Assembly (NCBI GenBank): GCA_965204575.1
Contig: OZ241993.1
Coordinates: forward strand, 1,488,586-1,552,585
Reading direction: 5' to 3'
Length of the DNA: 64,000 bases
Source of the DNA: an uncultured candidatus Porisulfidus sp.
GTDB taxonomy: Bacteria; Pseudomonadota; Gammaproteobacteria; Poriferisulfidales; Poriferisulfidaceae
This document shows positions 28,884 to 39,753 of the stretch, piece by piece (position 1 is the stretch's first letter; the number at the start of each line of letters is the position of its first letter). Made by a program: the position numbers and the translations under genes. Under the pieces are notes generated by a model. That model ran no database searches and was not told the origin of the DNA. It saw only the letters and a list, made by a program, of their open reading frames with translations.

Positions 28884-30284
28884 TTATGCGCCTTCAATCG
28901 CTGACCGCAAACGCTGCAATGCTCGTTCCCGGCCAAGCAAAACCAAGGTGTCCTCAATGGAAGGAGAAACTGTCCCCCCGGTCACGGCGACGCGCAGCGG
29001 CTGCGCGACTTTCCCAGGTTTGACCTGGCGGCGCTCACAGGCCGCATCAACCAAGCCCTTCAGGGATTCGACCTTCCAGTCAACTTGCTCCATCTCGTCC
29101 ACCAACTCTTGCAGGATCGCACGGGACTCAGGAGTGAGGAATTTTTCTCGTGCCGACTCATCCGTTCCCGGATCTTCCAGCAGCAACCAGCGACTCTGTG
29201 TAACCATGTCTGCCGCGTTGCGGCAACGTTTCCGCTGAACGTCAATCAGCGCAGTCCGATCCGGTGGGCTCAATGCATCAGGATCCAAATCTTGCCGGGC
29301 ACAATGCCAATCGAATTCCGCGTTGACCTCGCCTTCGGACACGCGGCTCATTTGCTGCTGGTTGACCCAAGCCATCTTCTTGGGATCGATTCGGCTCGCG
29401 GCCGGATTCAATCCGGAAAGGTCGAATTGCTGAACCAACTCTTCGATCGAAAACAGCTCGTCATCCCCATGAGCCCAGCCCAAGCGCGCCAGGATGTTCA
29501 CCAAGGCCGTGGGCAAATATCCTTGCTCGCGGTATTGCGCCATATCAGCAGAATCCTTCCGCTTGGACATTTTGCGCCCGCTTTCGTCGAGAATCATCGG
29601 CAGGTGTGTGTAGCTGGGGGCATCCACACCCAGTGCAGAAAAAATATTGACTTGACGTGGCGTGTTGTTGAGATGGTCATCGCCCCGGATGATGTGCGTA
29701 ACACCCGCATCCATGTCGTCCACCACGACGGCCAAATGGTAGGTCGCGCTCCCATCCGCACGGGCAATCACCAGGTCATCCAGTTCAGAATTGGAAAAAC
29801 GCACCTCCCCTTTCAGGCTGTCCTGAACAACCACGTCGCCTTCAAGCGGGGTTTTGAACCGGACGACTGATTGCGCCGATGGGGGGTTGTTCCGGTCGCG
29901 GCAATGGCGGTCGTAGCGCGGTTTGAGTTTTGCCGCCATCTGCTCTTTGCGCAGCTGTTCCAAGCGCTCCGGAGAACAATCGCAGTAATAGGCATCTCCC
30001 TGGTCGAGCAATTTCTGGATGATCTCTTGGTAGCGCGACGATCTTTGCGATTGATAAACCACTTCACCGTCCCAATCCATCCCCACCCAGCGCAGCATGG
30101 ACATGATTTGCTGGCAGTGTTCCTCTTTGGAACGTTCCCGGTCGGTATCCTCGACCCGAAGGATGAACTCCCCACCGCAATGGCGGGCATAAAGCCAGTT
30201 GTACAAGGCGGTGCGGGCGCCTCCCAAATGCAAGGCGCCTGTCGGACTTGGCGCGAACCGGGTTCGAACGATGGGGTCGGACAT
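28884..30284 (-). CDS. gltX: Glutamate-tRNA ligase
   Basis: HIGH-like motif PSPTGALHLGGARTALYNW and KMSKR motif present. Confidence 0.9.
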   Translation of the reverse strand: MSDPIVRTRFAPSPTGALHLGGARTALYNWLYARHCGGEFILRVEDTDRERSKEEHCQQIMSMLRWVGMDWDGEVVYQSQRSSRYQEIIQKLLDQGDAYYCDCSPERLEQLRKEQMAAKLKPRYDRHCRDRNNPPSAQSVVRFKTPLEGDVVVQDSLKGEVRFSNSELDDLVIARADGSATYHLAVVVDDMDAGVTHIIRGDDHLNNTPRQVNIFSALGVDAPSYTHLPMILDESGRKMSKRKDSADMAQYREQGYLPTALVNILARLGWAHGDDELFSIEELVQQFDLSGLNPAASRIDPKKMAWVNQQQMSRVSEGEVNAEFDWHCARQDLDPDALSPPDRTALIDVQRKRCRNAADMVTQSRWLLLEDPGTDESAREKFLTPESRAILQELVDEMEQVDWKVESLKGLVDAACERRQVKPGKVAQPLRVAVTGGTVSPSIEDTLVLLGRERALQRLRSAIEGA

Positions 30285-30333
30285 TTCAGGTGGACAGCAA
30301 ACGCCGGGAGAATGCTATCTTACAGTTTGCTCT

Positions 30334-30359
30334 CCGATGCCGCGTTGCTTGGGCATCGG
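30334..30359. repeat. 8-bp-arm inverted repeat (CCGATGCC-N10-GGCATCGG) in the gltX/zapE divergent intergenic region
   Basis: Seen directly in the sequence. Could be an RNA hairpin or a binding site. Confidence 0.3.
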
Positions 30360-30415
30360 CTTGGCAGCCGCATCTATGTAGAATATAAATTCGTTTTGCG
30401 GCCGCATATGTCTCT

Positions 30416-31510
30416 ATGTTTATTGACGCGTACGAAGCACAAATTGCCCGAAGGCAATTCACGGCCGATCCAGTGCAACACCAAGCCGCTCAACAATTCC
30501 AACTCATCTTCGACCACCTGACTCGGCATTCGCGTGCCAAGGCGCTAATCCGCGACCGGCTGCGTCGCCTGAAATCCGACTCGCCTGCGCAAACATCCGG
30601 CCTGTGGCTGTGGGGCTCCGTCGGAAGCGGCAAGACTTACCTAATGGACTTGTTCTACAACTCCCTCCCCCTGCGCAAGAAGCGCCGCATGCACTTCCAT
30701 CGCTTCACACGGCACATCCACCACAAGCTCAAGCACATGCAGGACCGACGCAATCCCATTGATCTCCTTGCCGCCCGCATGGCAAAAAAGTACAAAGTCC
30801 TCTGCATCGATGAATTTTTCGTCTCGGACATCACGGATGCCATGATTCTGGGGGGATTGCTGGAGGGCCTGTTCCGGCACCGGGTCACTGTGGTGGCGAC
30901 CTCCAATTGCGCCCCGGACAGCCTCTACGAGGGCGGCCTGCAACGGGAGCGGTTCCTGCCTGCAATCGAACTGATCAAGAAGCACATGACGGTTTTTGAA
31001 CTGGCGACATCCTGCGACTATCGCCTGCAGCACCTGGATCAGACCGAAACCTACTGCCTCAGCGGCAACGGGACCACCGAGCCCGTCCTGCGGAATCACT
31101 TCCAGCACTTGGCGTCAGATCTGGACCGAAAAGAAACCACCATTGAAGTCGAAGGCCGCACCATTCCGGTCAAGCGTCTGTCGCACGACGCGATCTGGTT
31201 TGATTTCGATTGCCTGTGCCAGTCTCCTCGCTGCGTCAACGACTACATCGCGATTGCACGTTGCTTCCACACCGTGCTGATCTCGGGAGTCCCGGTTTTC
31301 GATTCGTCAAAGGACGACAGTGCACGGCGCTTCATCGAAATGATCGACGAGTTCTACGACCGCAACGTGACGTTGATCGTCTCCGCGGCGGACGAGCCGG
31401 ACCAGTTGTACCAGGGCAAGCGCCTGAAACGGGAATTCGAGCGAACCGCGAGCCGCCTGCACGAGATGCGGAGCAAGGCATACCTGGGACGGTCACACCG
31501 TCTTCATTGA
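30416..31510 (+). CDS. zapE: Cell division protein ZapE (AFG1-like ATPase)
   Basis: Walker A GSVGSGKTYLMD and AFG1/YhcM family architecture. Confidence 0.8.
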   Translation: MFIDAYEAQIARRQFTADPVQHQAAQQFQLIFDHLTRHSRAKALIRDRLRRLKSDSPAQTSGLWLWGSVGSGKTYLMDLFYNSLPLRKKRRMHFHRFTRHIHHKLKHMQDRRNPIDLLAARMAKKYKVLCIDEFFVSDITDAMILGGLLEGLFRHRVTVVATSNCAPDSLYEGGLQRERFLPAIELIKKHMTVFELATSCDYRLQHLDQTETYCLSGNGTTEPVLRNHFQHLASDLDRKETTIEVEGRTIPVKRLSHDAIWFDFDCLCQSPRCVNDYIAIARCFHTVLISGVPVFDSSKDDSARRFIEMIDEFYDRNVTLIVSAADEPDQLYQGKRLKREFERTASRLHEMRSKAYLGRSHRLH

Positions 31511-31552
31511 TCTCTTGCTAATATCACTCTATTCCCTCAGAAGAGTTCAATC

Positions 31553-32536
31553 ATGACAAACCCACCCAAGCGAATTGCCATCACCGGCGCGGCCGGCAAC
31601 ATTGCATATCAGGCCATGTTTCGTATCGCGGCCGGAGAGTTCCTCGGTGACCAGCAGCCGGTCGCCCTGAACCTGATCGACATCCCTCCGGCCATGCCGT
31701 CACTCGGCGGAACCGCGATGGAACTGGAAGACTGCGCCTTTCCTCTGCTGCGCGATGTTCTTCTGAGCGACGACCTGGAGAAAGGCTTCGGGGATGCGGA
31801 CTACGTGTTCATGTTCGGGGCGCGGCCACGCGGGAAAGGCATGGAGCGCAGCGACCTGATCCAGGAAAACGGAAAAATCTTCGGCCCCCAGGGCAAGGCC
31901 ATCAATGATGTTTCGAGCCGCGGCGTCCGGGTTCTGGTCATCGGCAACCCGGCCAACACCAACGCACTGATCGCCCTGCATCACGCCCCGGACCTCGATC
32001 CTCGCCAATTCTCCGCGATGACCCGCCTGGATCATGAACGGTCCCGCTCGCAGTTGGCAGTACAGACGGACCAACCGGTCGCCAACATCGCCCGAATGAC
32101 AGTCTGGGGAAACCACTCTCCGAAAATGTATCCCGATATCGGCTATTGCACGGCTTCCGGCACCCCGGTCCGGGAACTGATAGACGCGAATTGGTATCGG
32201 GAAGAATTCATCCCGGGAATCCAGCAGCGCGGCGCCAAGGTGATCGAAGCGCGCGGCGCCTCTTCCGCCGCATCGGCCGCCAATGCGGCGATCCTGCACA
32301 TGCGCGACTGGGTCCAAGGGACACCCAAGAACGACTGGACCAGCATGAGCGTGCTCTCGGACGGCTCATACGGGGTCGCGGAAGGCATCGTCTTCTCCTT
32401 TCCTTGCCAATGTTCGGAGTCCGACCATTCCATCGTGCCTGAGTTGGAACTGGATGCTTTCGGGCGCGAACAGATCAAAATCAACGAAACCGAACTGCTC
32501 AGCGAGCGCGACGCGATTGCCGACCTGCTCAAGTAG
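31553..32536 (+). CDS. mdh: Malate dehydrogenase (LDH-like cytosolic-type MDH)
   Basis: [10 protein letters not shown] Rossmann start and 327 aa length typical of this MDH subfamily. Confidence 0.85.
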   Translation: MTNPPKRIAITGAAGNIAYQAMFRIAAGEFLGDQQPVALNLIDIPPAMPSLGGTAMELEDCAFPLLRDVLLSDDLEKGFGDADYVFMFGARPRGKGMERSDLIQENGKIFGPQGKAINDVSSRGVRVLVIGNPANTNALIALHHAPDLDPRQFSAMTRLDHERSRSQLAVQTDQPVANIARMTVWGNHSPKMYPDIGYCTASGTPVRELIDANWYREEFIPGIQQRGAKVIEARGASSAASAANAAILHMRDWVQGTPKNDWTSMSVLSDGSYGVAEGIVFSFPCQCSESDHSIVPELELDAFGREQIKINETELLSERDAIADLLK

Positions 32537-32612
32537 GAAATCAGACCGCATTCATCGATTGATTTTGCAGGAAGAAGACTCACGATTTGTAGTACAAGCT
32601 GGGGTAGCTTTC

Positions 32613-32873
32613 ATGACTTGGCGAATCGTTCACTTGGACTCCGACACAGAGCAGGCGCTATCTGACCTGCAGGCAAAGACAGGCGAGTCCGTACCGGAAA
32701 TTCTAAAGCGCGGGATTCAAGCATGCCAAACCGAAGTGCAGCAGAAAGCTTCCAAGACGGCTTACGAAATCTATAAGGAACTGGATTTGGCCCCAGGGGA
32801 ATATGCTGTTGCCCCGGCTAGTCAGAGTAAAGAAGCTGTGAGAGAAATCATCCGGGAAAAACTCGGCTGCTAA
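32613..32873 (+). CDS. Small ribbon-helix-helix-like protein (orphan antitoxin-like)
   Basis: 87 aa from the internal Met. …ALSDLQAKTGESVPEILKRGI… resembles CopG/RHH DNA-binding proteins. No partner gene is present. Confidence 0.35.
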   Translation: MTWRIVHLDSDTEQALSDLQAKTGESVPEILKRGIQACQTEVQQKASKTAYEIYKELDLAPGEYAVAPASQSKEAVREIIREKLGC

Positions 32874-34555
32874 TCAGAGCTTGAAAGCCCCGGCTCCGGA
32901 ACCTCCACCCGCACGGTCACGATATCCGTGTCATGGTATTGCTGGTGGTAAACCGAGGAAGCCAAGTGTCGAAGCAGCCGCAAGGAAACTTCGCGCTCGA
33001 CCGACTCTGAAATGGATTGCTTGCCGAGCAAGGCGATCCGGTCCTGAAGGTTCTCCTCGCCTGTCGCGGCAACAAATTCAAGGACAACCTCGTCTTCTTC
33101 CCGACGTGCCGTCAAGAGCAGGCGGCGCCCGCCCTCGCCTGCCCCGCTGTCTTCCTGTTCGCGGAGCGTCAGCAAGGTCTCCTCGGTGACGGCATACAGG
33201 CGATTCATCATCGCCGGCTCCCAGTCATGTCTGGATGCGAACTTTTGGAGGAACTCCTCGATCTTCGGCAGGACCGAAACGTCAAGGCCCACCTCGATCT
33301 GGTGGCGCCGGGGTTTCGTCAATTCCGTGAACAGGGTCATGAAGATCGCCACGAGGCCACCGGCCGTGATCCCATTGCTCAGAAGGCCTCCCGCGAATTC
33401 AGAAACATATTCGGGATAAATCCATCCGTTCTGGAGCCCGACCCCGATCCAGAATGAAATCCCGACGATCAGCCCCGTTCGATAGTCGATGCCATCCTGA
33501 ATCGCCACTTTCATGCCGACCACGAAAAGCAACGACAGCAAAACACCGATGTATGCTCCGGCAACCGGGCCGGGTATCGCCAAGATAACGGCAAGCGCCT
33601 TGGGGAAAAACGCCAGAGCCAGGAAAACCGCGCCAAGGGCAACCCCGACCCTGCGGGCTCCCACCCCAGTCAACTCGGCAACGGAAACACTGGTCGAATA
33701 GGTCGTGTTCGGCACGGTGCCCAAGAGCCCGGACAACAGATTGCCTACTCCGTCCGCTGCCACCGTACCCTGCACCGCGCGGAAATCCACTGCCCGAGGG
33801 CGGCGCCAGGCAACACGCTGAATGGCGACGGAGTCGCCTACGGTCTCTACGGCTCCGACCAGAGTCACGAACACGAATGCCGGCACAAGCGTCCAGAAGA
33901 CGGGTCCGAAGCTGAAATCGTAACCCGGCCATCCGACTTCAGGGAAACCCAGCCATGAAGCCTCGGCAACGCGACTGACTTCATAGAGCCCGAAGAACCC
34001 GGCCACCACCGAACCAATAGCCACCCCAATGACTGGAGCCCAAAGGCGCAGGATGCCGGTTGCCTTCAGGGCAATGCCGCCGATGGCCAACAAGGTCGCG
34101 CCGGCACTCAGCGCGGCAGCCGACGCGGGGGTTCCCTCGGGTACGGATGTCAGCAAGCCGAAGATGATCGGCATGATGGTGACCGGCACCAGCATGATGA
34201 CCGTACCTGCCACAGCTGGCGTCAGGACCCTTCGGAACAGCGAAAGCCGTGCGGAAAGCGCGAACTGGAAGAACGACGAGAGGATCACCAGGGTGGCCAG
34301 CATCGCCGGTCCCCCTTCCGCGATGGCGGTGATGCAGATCGCGATGAAAGCTCCGGACGGGCCCATGGCGAGCGTGTAGCCGGCACCGATCCGGCCAACC
34401 CGGGCTGCCTGCAGAATCGTGGTGACGCCGCTGACGGCAACGGCGGCGAACACGATCCAAGACAGGAAGGCTTCGGTTCCCCCGGCCGCCCGGGCGACGA
34501 TCGCCGGAGTCAGGACGATGCCGGAAATACAGAGGATGGCGAGCTGCAGGCCCAA
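32870..34555 (-). CDS. NCS2-like (nucleobase/ascorbate-type) permease with roughly 170-aa C-terminal cytoplasmic extension
   Basis: About 12 TM helices. GLQLAIL and GYTLAMGPSGAFI resemble NCS2 core motifs. …PNTTYSTSVSVAELTGV… loop. Hydrophilic C-terminus. Confidence 0.55.
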   Translation of the reverse strand: MGLQLAILCISGIVLTPAIVARAAGGTEAFLSWIVFAAVAVSGVTTILQAARVGRIGAGYTLAMGPSGAFIAICITAIAEGGPAMLATLVILSSFFQFALSARLSLFRRVLTPAVAGTVIMLVPVTIMPIIFGLLTSVPEGTPASAAALSAGATLLAIGGIALKATGILRLWAPVIGVAIGSVVAGFFGLYEVSRVAEASWLGFPEVGWPGYDFSFGPVFWTLVPAFVFVTLVGAVETVGDSVAIQRVAWRRPRAVDFRAVQGTVAADGVGNLLSGLLGTVPNTTYSTSVSVAELTGVGARRVGVALGAVFLALAFFPKALAVILAIPGPVAGAYIGVLLSLLFVVGMKVAIQDGIDYRTGLIVGISFWIGVGLQNGWIYPEYVSEFAGGLLSNGITAGGLVAIFMTLFTELTKPRRHQIEVGLDVSVLPKIEEFLQKFASRHDWEPAMMNRLYAVTEETLLTLREQEDSGAGEGGRRLLLTARREEDEVVLEFVAATGEENLQDRIALLGKQSISESVEREVSLRLLRHLASSVYHQQYHDTDIVTVRVEVPEPGLSSSD

Positions 34556-34750
34556 GCCGAAGGCGAGTACCGTCGGCGGGTTTTCATCAGGCTGGTAGCG
34601 GACGCTCGTGCGTCGGGCGGAACTCTCAGCGTCTATGATCCTTCCTCCTATCCCTGACTCACAAAACTACCGGGAGGCAATGCTATTGCCTCCCGATATA
34701 TTCTCCGCAGTCAAAACGTGGATTCTTACTCTCGCGCGAGAGCAGAAATC

Positions 34751-35629
34751 CTAGCTTTTCAAGGTAACGCTGTCTACGTTGGCCCACTCGGTCACGAAGT
34801 CATCGATCAGATCAGCGACCGCATCCGGCCGGTCTTCCAGCACGTAGTGCCCAGCCCGCTCGATGATTTCGAACCGCGTCGGCCCCGAAATGGCATCCTT
34901 CAGCCGGCGTCCGGACTCAACCGGCATCCAGGCATCATGCAGCGCCCAGCACACCATGGTCGGGCAAGTAATCTTGCTGTGGTCCACGCTCATGGTTTCT
35001 TCGTTGGTCGGCTCCGAACAGACATGGATCAACGACTTGAAGCCGGTGAATCCCGGTCCCCGGGCCCAGAACGAAAGATAGTTTTCCTTCACGTTCTTGT
35101 CGGTGAACGCGATCTTGTCGTGACTGCCCATGAGCAGGAGCCCGTGAAAGCCCGCTGCCGCCTGGGCCATGGCCGGCCCCAAGGCCTCGTCCGGGGCACC
35201 GACCAAGCCGTTGAAGGCTTCGACTTCCAGCACCGGCCAGTAGTCCCAGGCCACCGGATTGATCAGGACCAACCGGCTAATGAGGTCAACGTACTTCGAC
35301 GCAAAAATCTGGCAGGCTCCACCACCGTGATCGTGGCCGACCAGGATGACATTTCCCGCCAGCCCTAGTCCTTCGATTACTGCCTTGATGGCCTCGGCCT
35401 GATTCGTCAGGGAATGGGTGAATTGATCGAGGGGCATGCTCGACTGTCCATAGCCGACCATATCCATCGCATAGGTCTGATAACGGTCGGACAGGCTTGC
35501 CTGCGCATGGCGCCACAGTCGGCTGTTTGTGGGGATCCCGTGCACCATTAGCAGTGCCGGGCCACTATCGCCTTTCTGCTCAATATGAATCTCGAGATCT
35601 AAGCCTCCGACATTGATCGGTTGTTTCAT
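34751..35629 (-). CDS. Alpha/beta-fold hydrolase (haloalkane-dehalogenase-like)
   Basis: HGIPTNSRLW motif and nucleophile elbow. Start set at the internal Met MKQPINVGG. Confidence 0.7.
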   Translation of the reverse strand: MKQPINVGGLDLEIHIEQKGDSGPALLMVHGIPTNSRLWRHAQASLSDRYQTYAMDMVGYGQSSMPLDQFTHSLTNQAEAIKAVIEGLGLAGNVILVGHDHGGGACQIFASKYVDLISRLVLINPVAWDYWPVLEVEAFNGLVGAPDEALGPAMAQAAAGFHGLLLMGSHDKIAFTDKNVKENYLSFWARGPGFTGFKSLIHVCSEPTNEETMSVDHSKITCPTMVCWALHDAWMPVESGRRLKDAISGPTRFEIIERAGHYVLEDRPDAVADLIDDFVTEWANVDSVTLKS

Positions 35630-35724
35630 GGATTTCCTCCTTATAGTTATTCGTGGGCGTTCCCCTGCCCTTGAATCGTTATCATACACCTATTGCCCCC
35701 TGCATCGATGACGGTTTTATTTCG

Positions 35725-36429
35725 ATGAGATTCCTGCTGCTTGCCCTTATTTTGTTCGGGCTGTTCCTTTTCCTGCGGTGGCAATACCGACAATCCCCCC
35801 GCAGGCTTTACCAGTGGCTTGCCGGTTTGGCGGGAATTGGCCTGATCGCCATGGTTCTAACCGGACGCGCCCACTGGATCGTCGCCGTGGTCGGCGGAAT
35901 CCTGCCGTTTCTCGGCAAGGCCGCGATTTTGCTGCGCTGGCTGCCGTTCCTGTCCTGGGCGCGCCGCGCCTACGGTTCTTCCGCGATCCACCTGCAGACG
36001 GCATGGCTGGACTTGACCATCGACCGGAGGACCGGTGCCATGGACGGCACCATCCGGCAAGGCGAATTCACAGGTCAAAAGCTATCTCAACTCAACCTTT
36101 CGCAACTGGAGAAGCTGCTGCAGGCTTGCGCGAGCGACCTGCAGTCCGCGGCACTCCTGCGCGCCTACCTCCAACGAACCCAGACGGGCTGGCAGGCCGG
36201 GGAAACTGCCGGTGGCGGCGGCACGGACGATTTCGAGGAGGCCGCCATGTCAGCGGAAACAGCCGCCCAGATCTTGGGTGTGCCCCTTGAGGCCCCGGAA
36301 TCCGAAGTCCGTTCGGCACATCGCGCCCTTGCGCAGAAGCTTCATCCGGATCGAGGTGGAAACGACTATTTAACTCGTAAAATCAATCAGGCAAGAGATA
36401 TTCTTATTAAGAGACACCAGACACGCTGA
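35725..36429 (+). CDS. DnaJ-domain membrane protein (DjlA-like co-chaperone)
   Basis: N-terminal TM helices and a C-terminal J-domain with HPDRGG. Confidence 0.7.
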   Translation: MRFLLLALILFGLFLFLRWQYRQSPRRLYQWLAGLAGIGLIAMVLTGRAHWIVAVVGGILPFLGKAAILLRWLPFLSWARRAYGSSAIHLQTAWLDLTIDRRTGAMDGTIRQGEFTGQKLSQLNLSQLEKLLQACASDLQSAALLRAYLQRTQTGWQAGETAGGGGTDDFEEAAMSAETAAQILGVPLEAPESEVRSAHRALAQKLHPDRGGNDYLTRKINQARDILIKRHQTR

Positions 36430-37012
36430 CGGTAGAGGACTTGCGAATCCTCGCCAGCATGAGAGCGGCAAAGATCGACGCGTAGATGATTGGCTCCAGG
36501 TAATCCGCCTTGACCAGCCAGAAATAGTGCAGGAGCCCAGCGGTCGTCGCCACGTAGACCAGACGGTGAAGACGGTTCCAGGCATTTCCGAGAGCCCGCT
36601 GGGCGCGCCGGGTCGAGGTCAGCGCCAACGGCACCAGCAGGAGAAAGGCCGTCACGCCCGCGGTGATGAACAAGCGGTCCTGGATGTCCAGCCAGATTTC
36701 CTGCCAATCGAAGAATTTGTCGAACCAAAGATAGGTTCCCAAGTGGATCGAGGCGTAGAAGAAAGCAAACAGTCCCAGCATCCGCCGGTAGCGCAGCAGC
36801 GCAGGTGCCCTCGTGACACGGATCAAGGGCGTAATCAGCAAGGTCAGCAACAGGAACCGCAAGGTCCACGTCCCCGTGGACCGGGTCAGGGTTTCCAGCG
36901 GATTGACCCCCAAAGTGTTGGTCCAGGCACCATGGGTCAGGTCGATCGCCGGCACCAGGCACAGCAGAAAGAGCGCAGGCTTGACCCACCCTGCGGCTGT
37001 GGGCGTACGCAT
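36407..37012 (-). CDS. msrQ: Protein-methionine-sulfoxide reductase heme-binding subunit MsrQ (YedZ)
   Basis: Multi-TM b-type haem protein. Its start abuts the msrP stop. Confidence 0.75.
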   Translation of the reverse strand: MRTPTAAGWVKPALFLLCLVPAIDLTHGAWTNTLGVNPLETLTRSTGTWTLRFLLLTLLITPLIRVTRAPALLRYRRMLGLFAFFYASIHLGTYLWFDKFFDWQEIWLDIQDRLFITAGVTAFLLLVPLALTSTRRAQRALGNAWNRLHRLVYVATTAGLLHYFWLVKADYLEPIIYASIFAALMLARIRKSSTVSVSGVS

Positions 37013-37013
37013 G

Positions 37014-37964
37014 TCAGAAGTACTTGTGCAGATCCATCCCGCTGTAGAGGTGCGCGACTTCCTCGGCATAGCCGTTGAACATCAGTGTCTTCCGTTTCCG
37101 GAACTCCCCGATCCGCCGTTCGCGCCGCTGGCTCCAGCGCGGGTGATTGACCTCGGGGTTCACATTGGAGTAGAAGCCGTACTCGTTTGGTGCGGCCCGA
37201 TTCCAGGCCGTCGGGGGCTGCCCTTCGACGAACCGGATCCGCACGATGGACTTGATGCTCTTGAAGCCGTATTTCCAAGGCACGATGATTCGGATGGGGG
37301 CACCGTTCTGGTTGGGCAGCACCTGTCCGTACATGCCGACGGTCAGCAGCGTCAGCGGATGTATCGCCTCGTCGATCCGCAAGCCTTCGACGTATGGCCA
37401 ATCCAGCACGTCGCGGCGTTGCCCCGGGAGGTTCTCCGGATCCAGGATCGTCTGGAAGGCCACGTAGCGAGCCTGCGACGTCGGCCGCAACTTCTTCAGC
37501 GCGGTCGCCAGCGGCACACCGACCCACGGAATCACCATCGACCAGGCCTCCACGCAGCGAAGCCGGTAGATCCGCTCCTCCAACTGATCCATCGGCACCA
37601 GGTCTTCGACCGCATAAGTTCCCGGGTTCTCGCAGTACCCCTCCACTTCGACCGTCCAAGGCTCGGTCTTCAGGGCTGCCGCATTGCGCGAGGGATCTTC
37701 CTTCTTGTAGCCCAGTTCGTAGAAATTGTTGTAGTGGGTCGCCGCATGCATCGGCGTCAGTTCCTCGTCGGTCGAATAGGAGCTGGACCGGGGCGTGCCG
37801 AGGGTCAGCCCGGCCTGAGCCCGTCCGCCAATCAACAGACCGCCCGCCAAGCCTGCTGCCCCAGCTGCACACTGCTGCATGAAGACGCGGCGCTGCCGGT
37901 AAATCTCCGAATCCGTCACCGCGGATTCCTTTTCGGCCGAGTGCTTGGGGATTCGAATCAGCAT
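37014..37964 (-). CDS. msrP: Protein-methionine-sulfoxide reductase catalytic subunit MsrP (YedY), Tat-secreted molybdoenzyme
   Basis: Twin-arginine signal [14 protein letters not shown] and sulfite-oxidase-family Moco domain. Confidence 0.8.
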   Translation of the reverse strand: MLIRIPKHSAEKESAVTDSEIYRQRRVFMQQCAAGAAGLAGGLLIGGRAQAGLTLGTPRSSSYSTDEELTPMHAATHYNNFYELGYKKEDPSRNAAALKTEPWTVEVEGYCENPGTYAVEDLVPMDQLEERIYRLRCVEAWSMVIPWVGVPLATALKKLRPTSQARYVAFQTILDPENLPGQRRDVLDWPYVEGLRIDEAIHPLTLLTVGMYGQVLPNQNGAPIRIIVPWKYGFKSIKSIVRIRFVEGQPPTAWNRAAPNEYGFYSNVNPEVNHPRWSQRRERRIGEFRKRKTLMFNGYAEEVAHLYSGMDLHKYF

Positions 37965-37974
37965 GCCGCTCCTC

Positions 37975-38739
37975 TCATCTGCGTATGTGACTGCAAATCG
38001 GACACTCCGGATCCGCAATCAGTTCCACTACGCGCCATTGTGCCTCCCTTGCGTCATAAAGCAACAGCCGGTTGTACAAGGGTTTTCCGATGGACAGCAG
38101 GCACTTGACCGCCTCGACCGCCTGCACGCTGGCCACCGCCCCGGCAACCGGACCCAGCACGCCGGTTTCCGAACAGCCCTCCTCCGGCACGGGCTCATCG
38201 CCAAACAGGCACTGGTAGCAAGCATCCCCTTCCTCTTGATTGCGAAACACCGCAACTTGACCCTCCATCCGGATCACCGCCCCGGAGACCAAGGGCGTCG
38301 CAGATTCGACGCAGGCCTGATTAATCGCCAAGCGGGTCTCGAAATTATCCGTGGCATCCACAACCAAGTCTGCCGCTTGAACTTGCTCTTGCAGCAAGCC
38401 GCCCTTCAGGTATTCGGCGACGGTATCAATGCGAATCTCAGGGTTCAGTTCCTCCACGACCCGCCGGGCTTCCTCGGTCTTGGCATGGCCCACGCTGGAT
38501 GTCCCGTACAGAATCTGGCGCTGGAGGTTCTCCAGTTCAACGCGGTCCGGGTCGGCCAGGGTCAGCCGCCCCACGCCGCAAGTCGCCAGATACATGGCGA
38601 GCGGGGAACCCAGCCCCCCCAGGCCGACCAACAGGACACGGGACTCGAGCAGGCGCTGCTGCCCCTCGATGCCGATCTCCGGCAAGACGATTTGCCGGTT
38701 GTAGCGTAAGAGTTGCGGGTCGCCCAGTTCCGCGCCCAT
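37975..38739 (-). CDS. moeB: Molybdopterin-synthase adenylyltransferase MoeB (ThiF family)
   Basis: [11 protein letters not shown] nucleotide motif and C-terminal CxxC pairs. Confidence 0.85.
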   Translation of the reverse strand: MGAELGDPQLLRYNRQIVLPEIGIEGQQRLLESRVLLVGLGGLGSPLAMYLATCGVGRLTLADPDRVELENLQRQILYGTSSVGHAKTEEARRVVEELNPEIRIDTVAEYLKGGLLQEQVQAADLVVDATDNFETRLAINQACVESATPLVSGAVIRMEGQVAVFRNQEEGDACYQCLFGDEPVPEEGCSETGVLGPVAGAVASVQAVEAVKCLLSIGKPLYNRLLLYDAREAQWRVVELIADPECPICSHIRR

Positions 38740-38745
38740 GATGGC

Positions 38746-39069
38746 TCAGGATGCCTGTTTGGCCTTTTCCCTGGCTTCGAACGCCGCCATCTGCTCTGGA
38801 GTGGCCTCTTTCTGATACCGGGACTTCCATTCGGCATATGGCATGCCGTAGACGATTTCCCGGGCCGCGTCATAATCCAGGGCCACGCCTTGCTCTTCTG
38901 CCGCGGCCACATACCATTTGGAGAGACAGTTCCGGCAGAAGTCCGCCAGGTTCATCAAGTCGATATTCTGGATGTCGGGCTTGCTTCTCAGGTGCTCAAC
39001 GAGGCGCCGATAGACGGCCGCCTCGATCGCCTCGCGCTGGTTCTCGGAAATGTCGGAAGTCGGGCTCAT
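38746..39069 (-). CDS. DUF1244-like small protein with a FCRNC motif
   Basis: About 107 aa from the internal Met. The family is recalled from memory. Transcribed immediately upstream of moeB-msrPQ. Confidence 0.45.
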   Translation of the reverse strand: MSPTSDISENQREAIEAAVYRRLVEHLRSKPDIQNIDLMNLADFCRNCLSKWYVAAAEEQGVALDYDAAREIVYGMPYAEWKSRYQKEATPEQMAAFEAREKAKQAS

Positions 39070-39135
39070 GGTGCTGGCAGGTTTGCTCTCGACGGGATTC
39101 CAGTATAACCCGCGCACCCGCGCCTCCCCCGTACA

Positions 39136-39753
39136 ATGAACCCGTCCGGCAAACGTTTCGATGATGCCATGTCCGCACCCTCAGTCCAGCCTCCTCCGCT
39201 GACCGGCATGATCCTTGCCGGTGGCAAGGCGCGCCGCATGGGCGGACAGGACAAGGGGCTGATCCCCTACCAGGGGCGCCCATTGATCGCCCATGTCCTC
39301 GAGCGCCTCGAACCGCAAGTCCAGGCCATTCTGATCAACGCCAACCGCAGCCACGACCAGTACGCGCAGTTCGGTCACCCCGTGATCGCGGATGCAGAGG
39401 ATGGATTCCTGGGGCCGCTTGCCGGCATTCTCGCCGGATTGCGTGCGGCTCAGACGGAACTGCTGCTGTGCGTCCCCTGCGACAGCCCGGAGATCGGCCC
39501 GGACCTGGCAGCCAAGCTCGCCTCTCCTTTCGCGCAGGCAGGGGCCCGGGTCGCCGTCGCAAGTTGTGCCGGGCGCCTGCAGCCGGTCTTCGCGGTGCTG
39601 CATACGGATCTTTCGGAGGCCCTGGACGACTTTCTCCGCCACGGCGGGCGTAAAATTGACGAATTCTATGGCGCGCAAGGCTTCGAGGAAATCTCTTTCG
39701 AAAACCCCGATGAATTCCGAAACATCAACACCCACGAGGAATTGAGGCTCTGA
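39136..39753 (+). CDS. mobA: Molybdenum cofactor guanylyltransferase
   Basis: ILAGGKARRMGGQDKGL motif. Confidence 0.85.
   Translation: MNPSGKRFDDAMSAPSVQPPPLTGMILAGGKARRMGGQDKGLIPYQGRPLIAHVLERLEPQVQAILINANRSHDQYAQFGHPVIADAEDGFLGPLAGILAGLRAAQTELLLCVPCDSPEIGPDLAAKLASPFAQAGARVAVASCAGRLQPVFAVLHTDLSEALDDFLRHGGRKIDEFYGAQGFEEISFENPDEFRNINTHEELRL

Noticed and set aside
36813-38108. 431-aa plus-strand ORF, plus many 100-330-aa ORFs in 36400-39800
   Set aside because: Antisense or alternate frames of msrP, moeB and mobA. High-GC stop-codon-poor frames.
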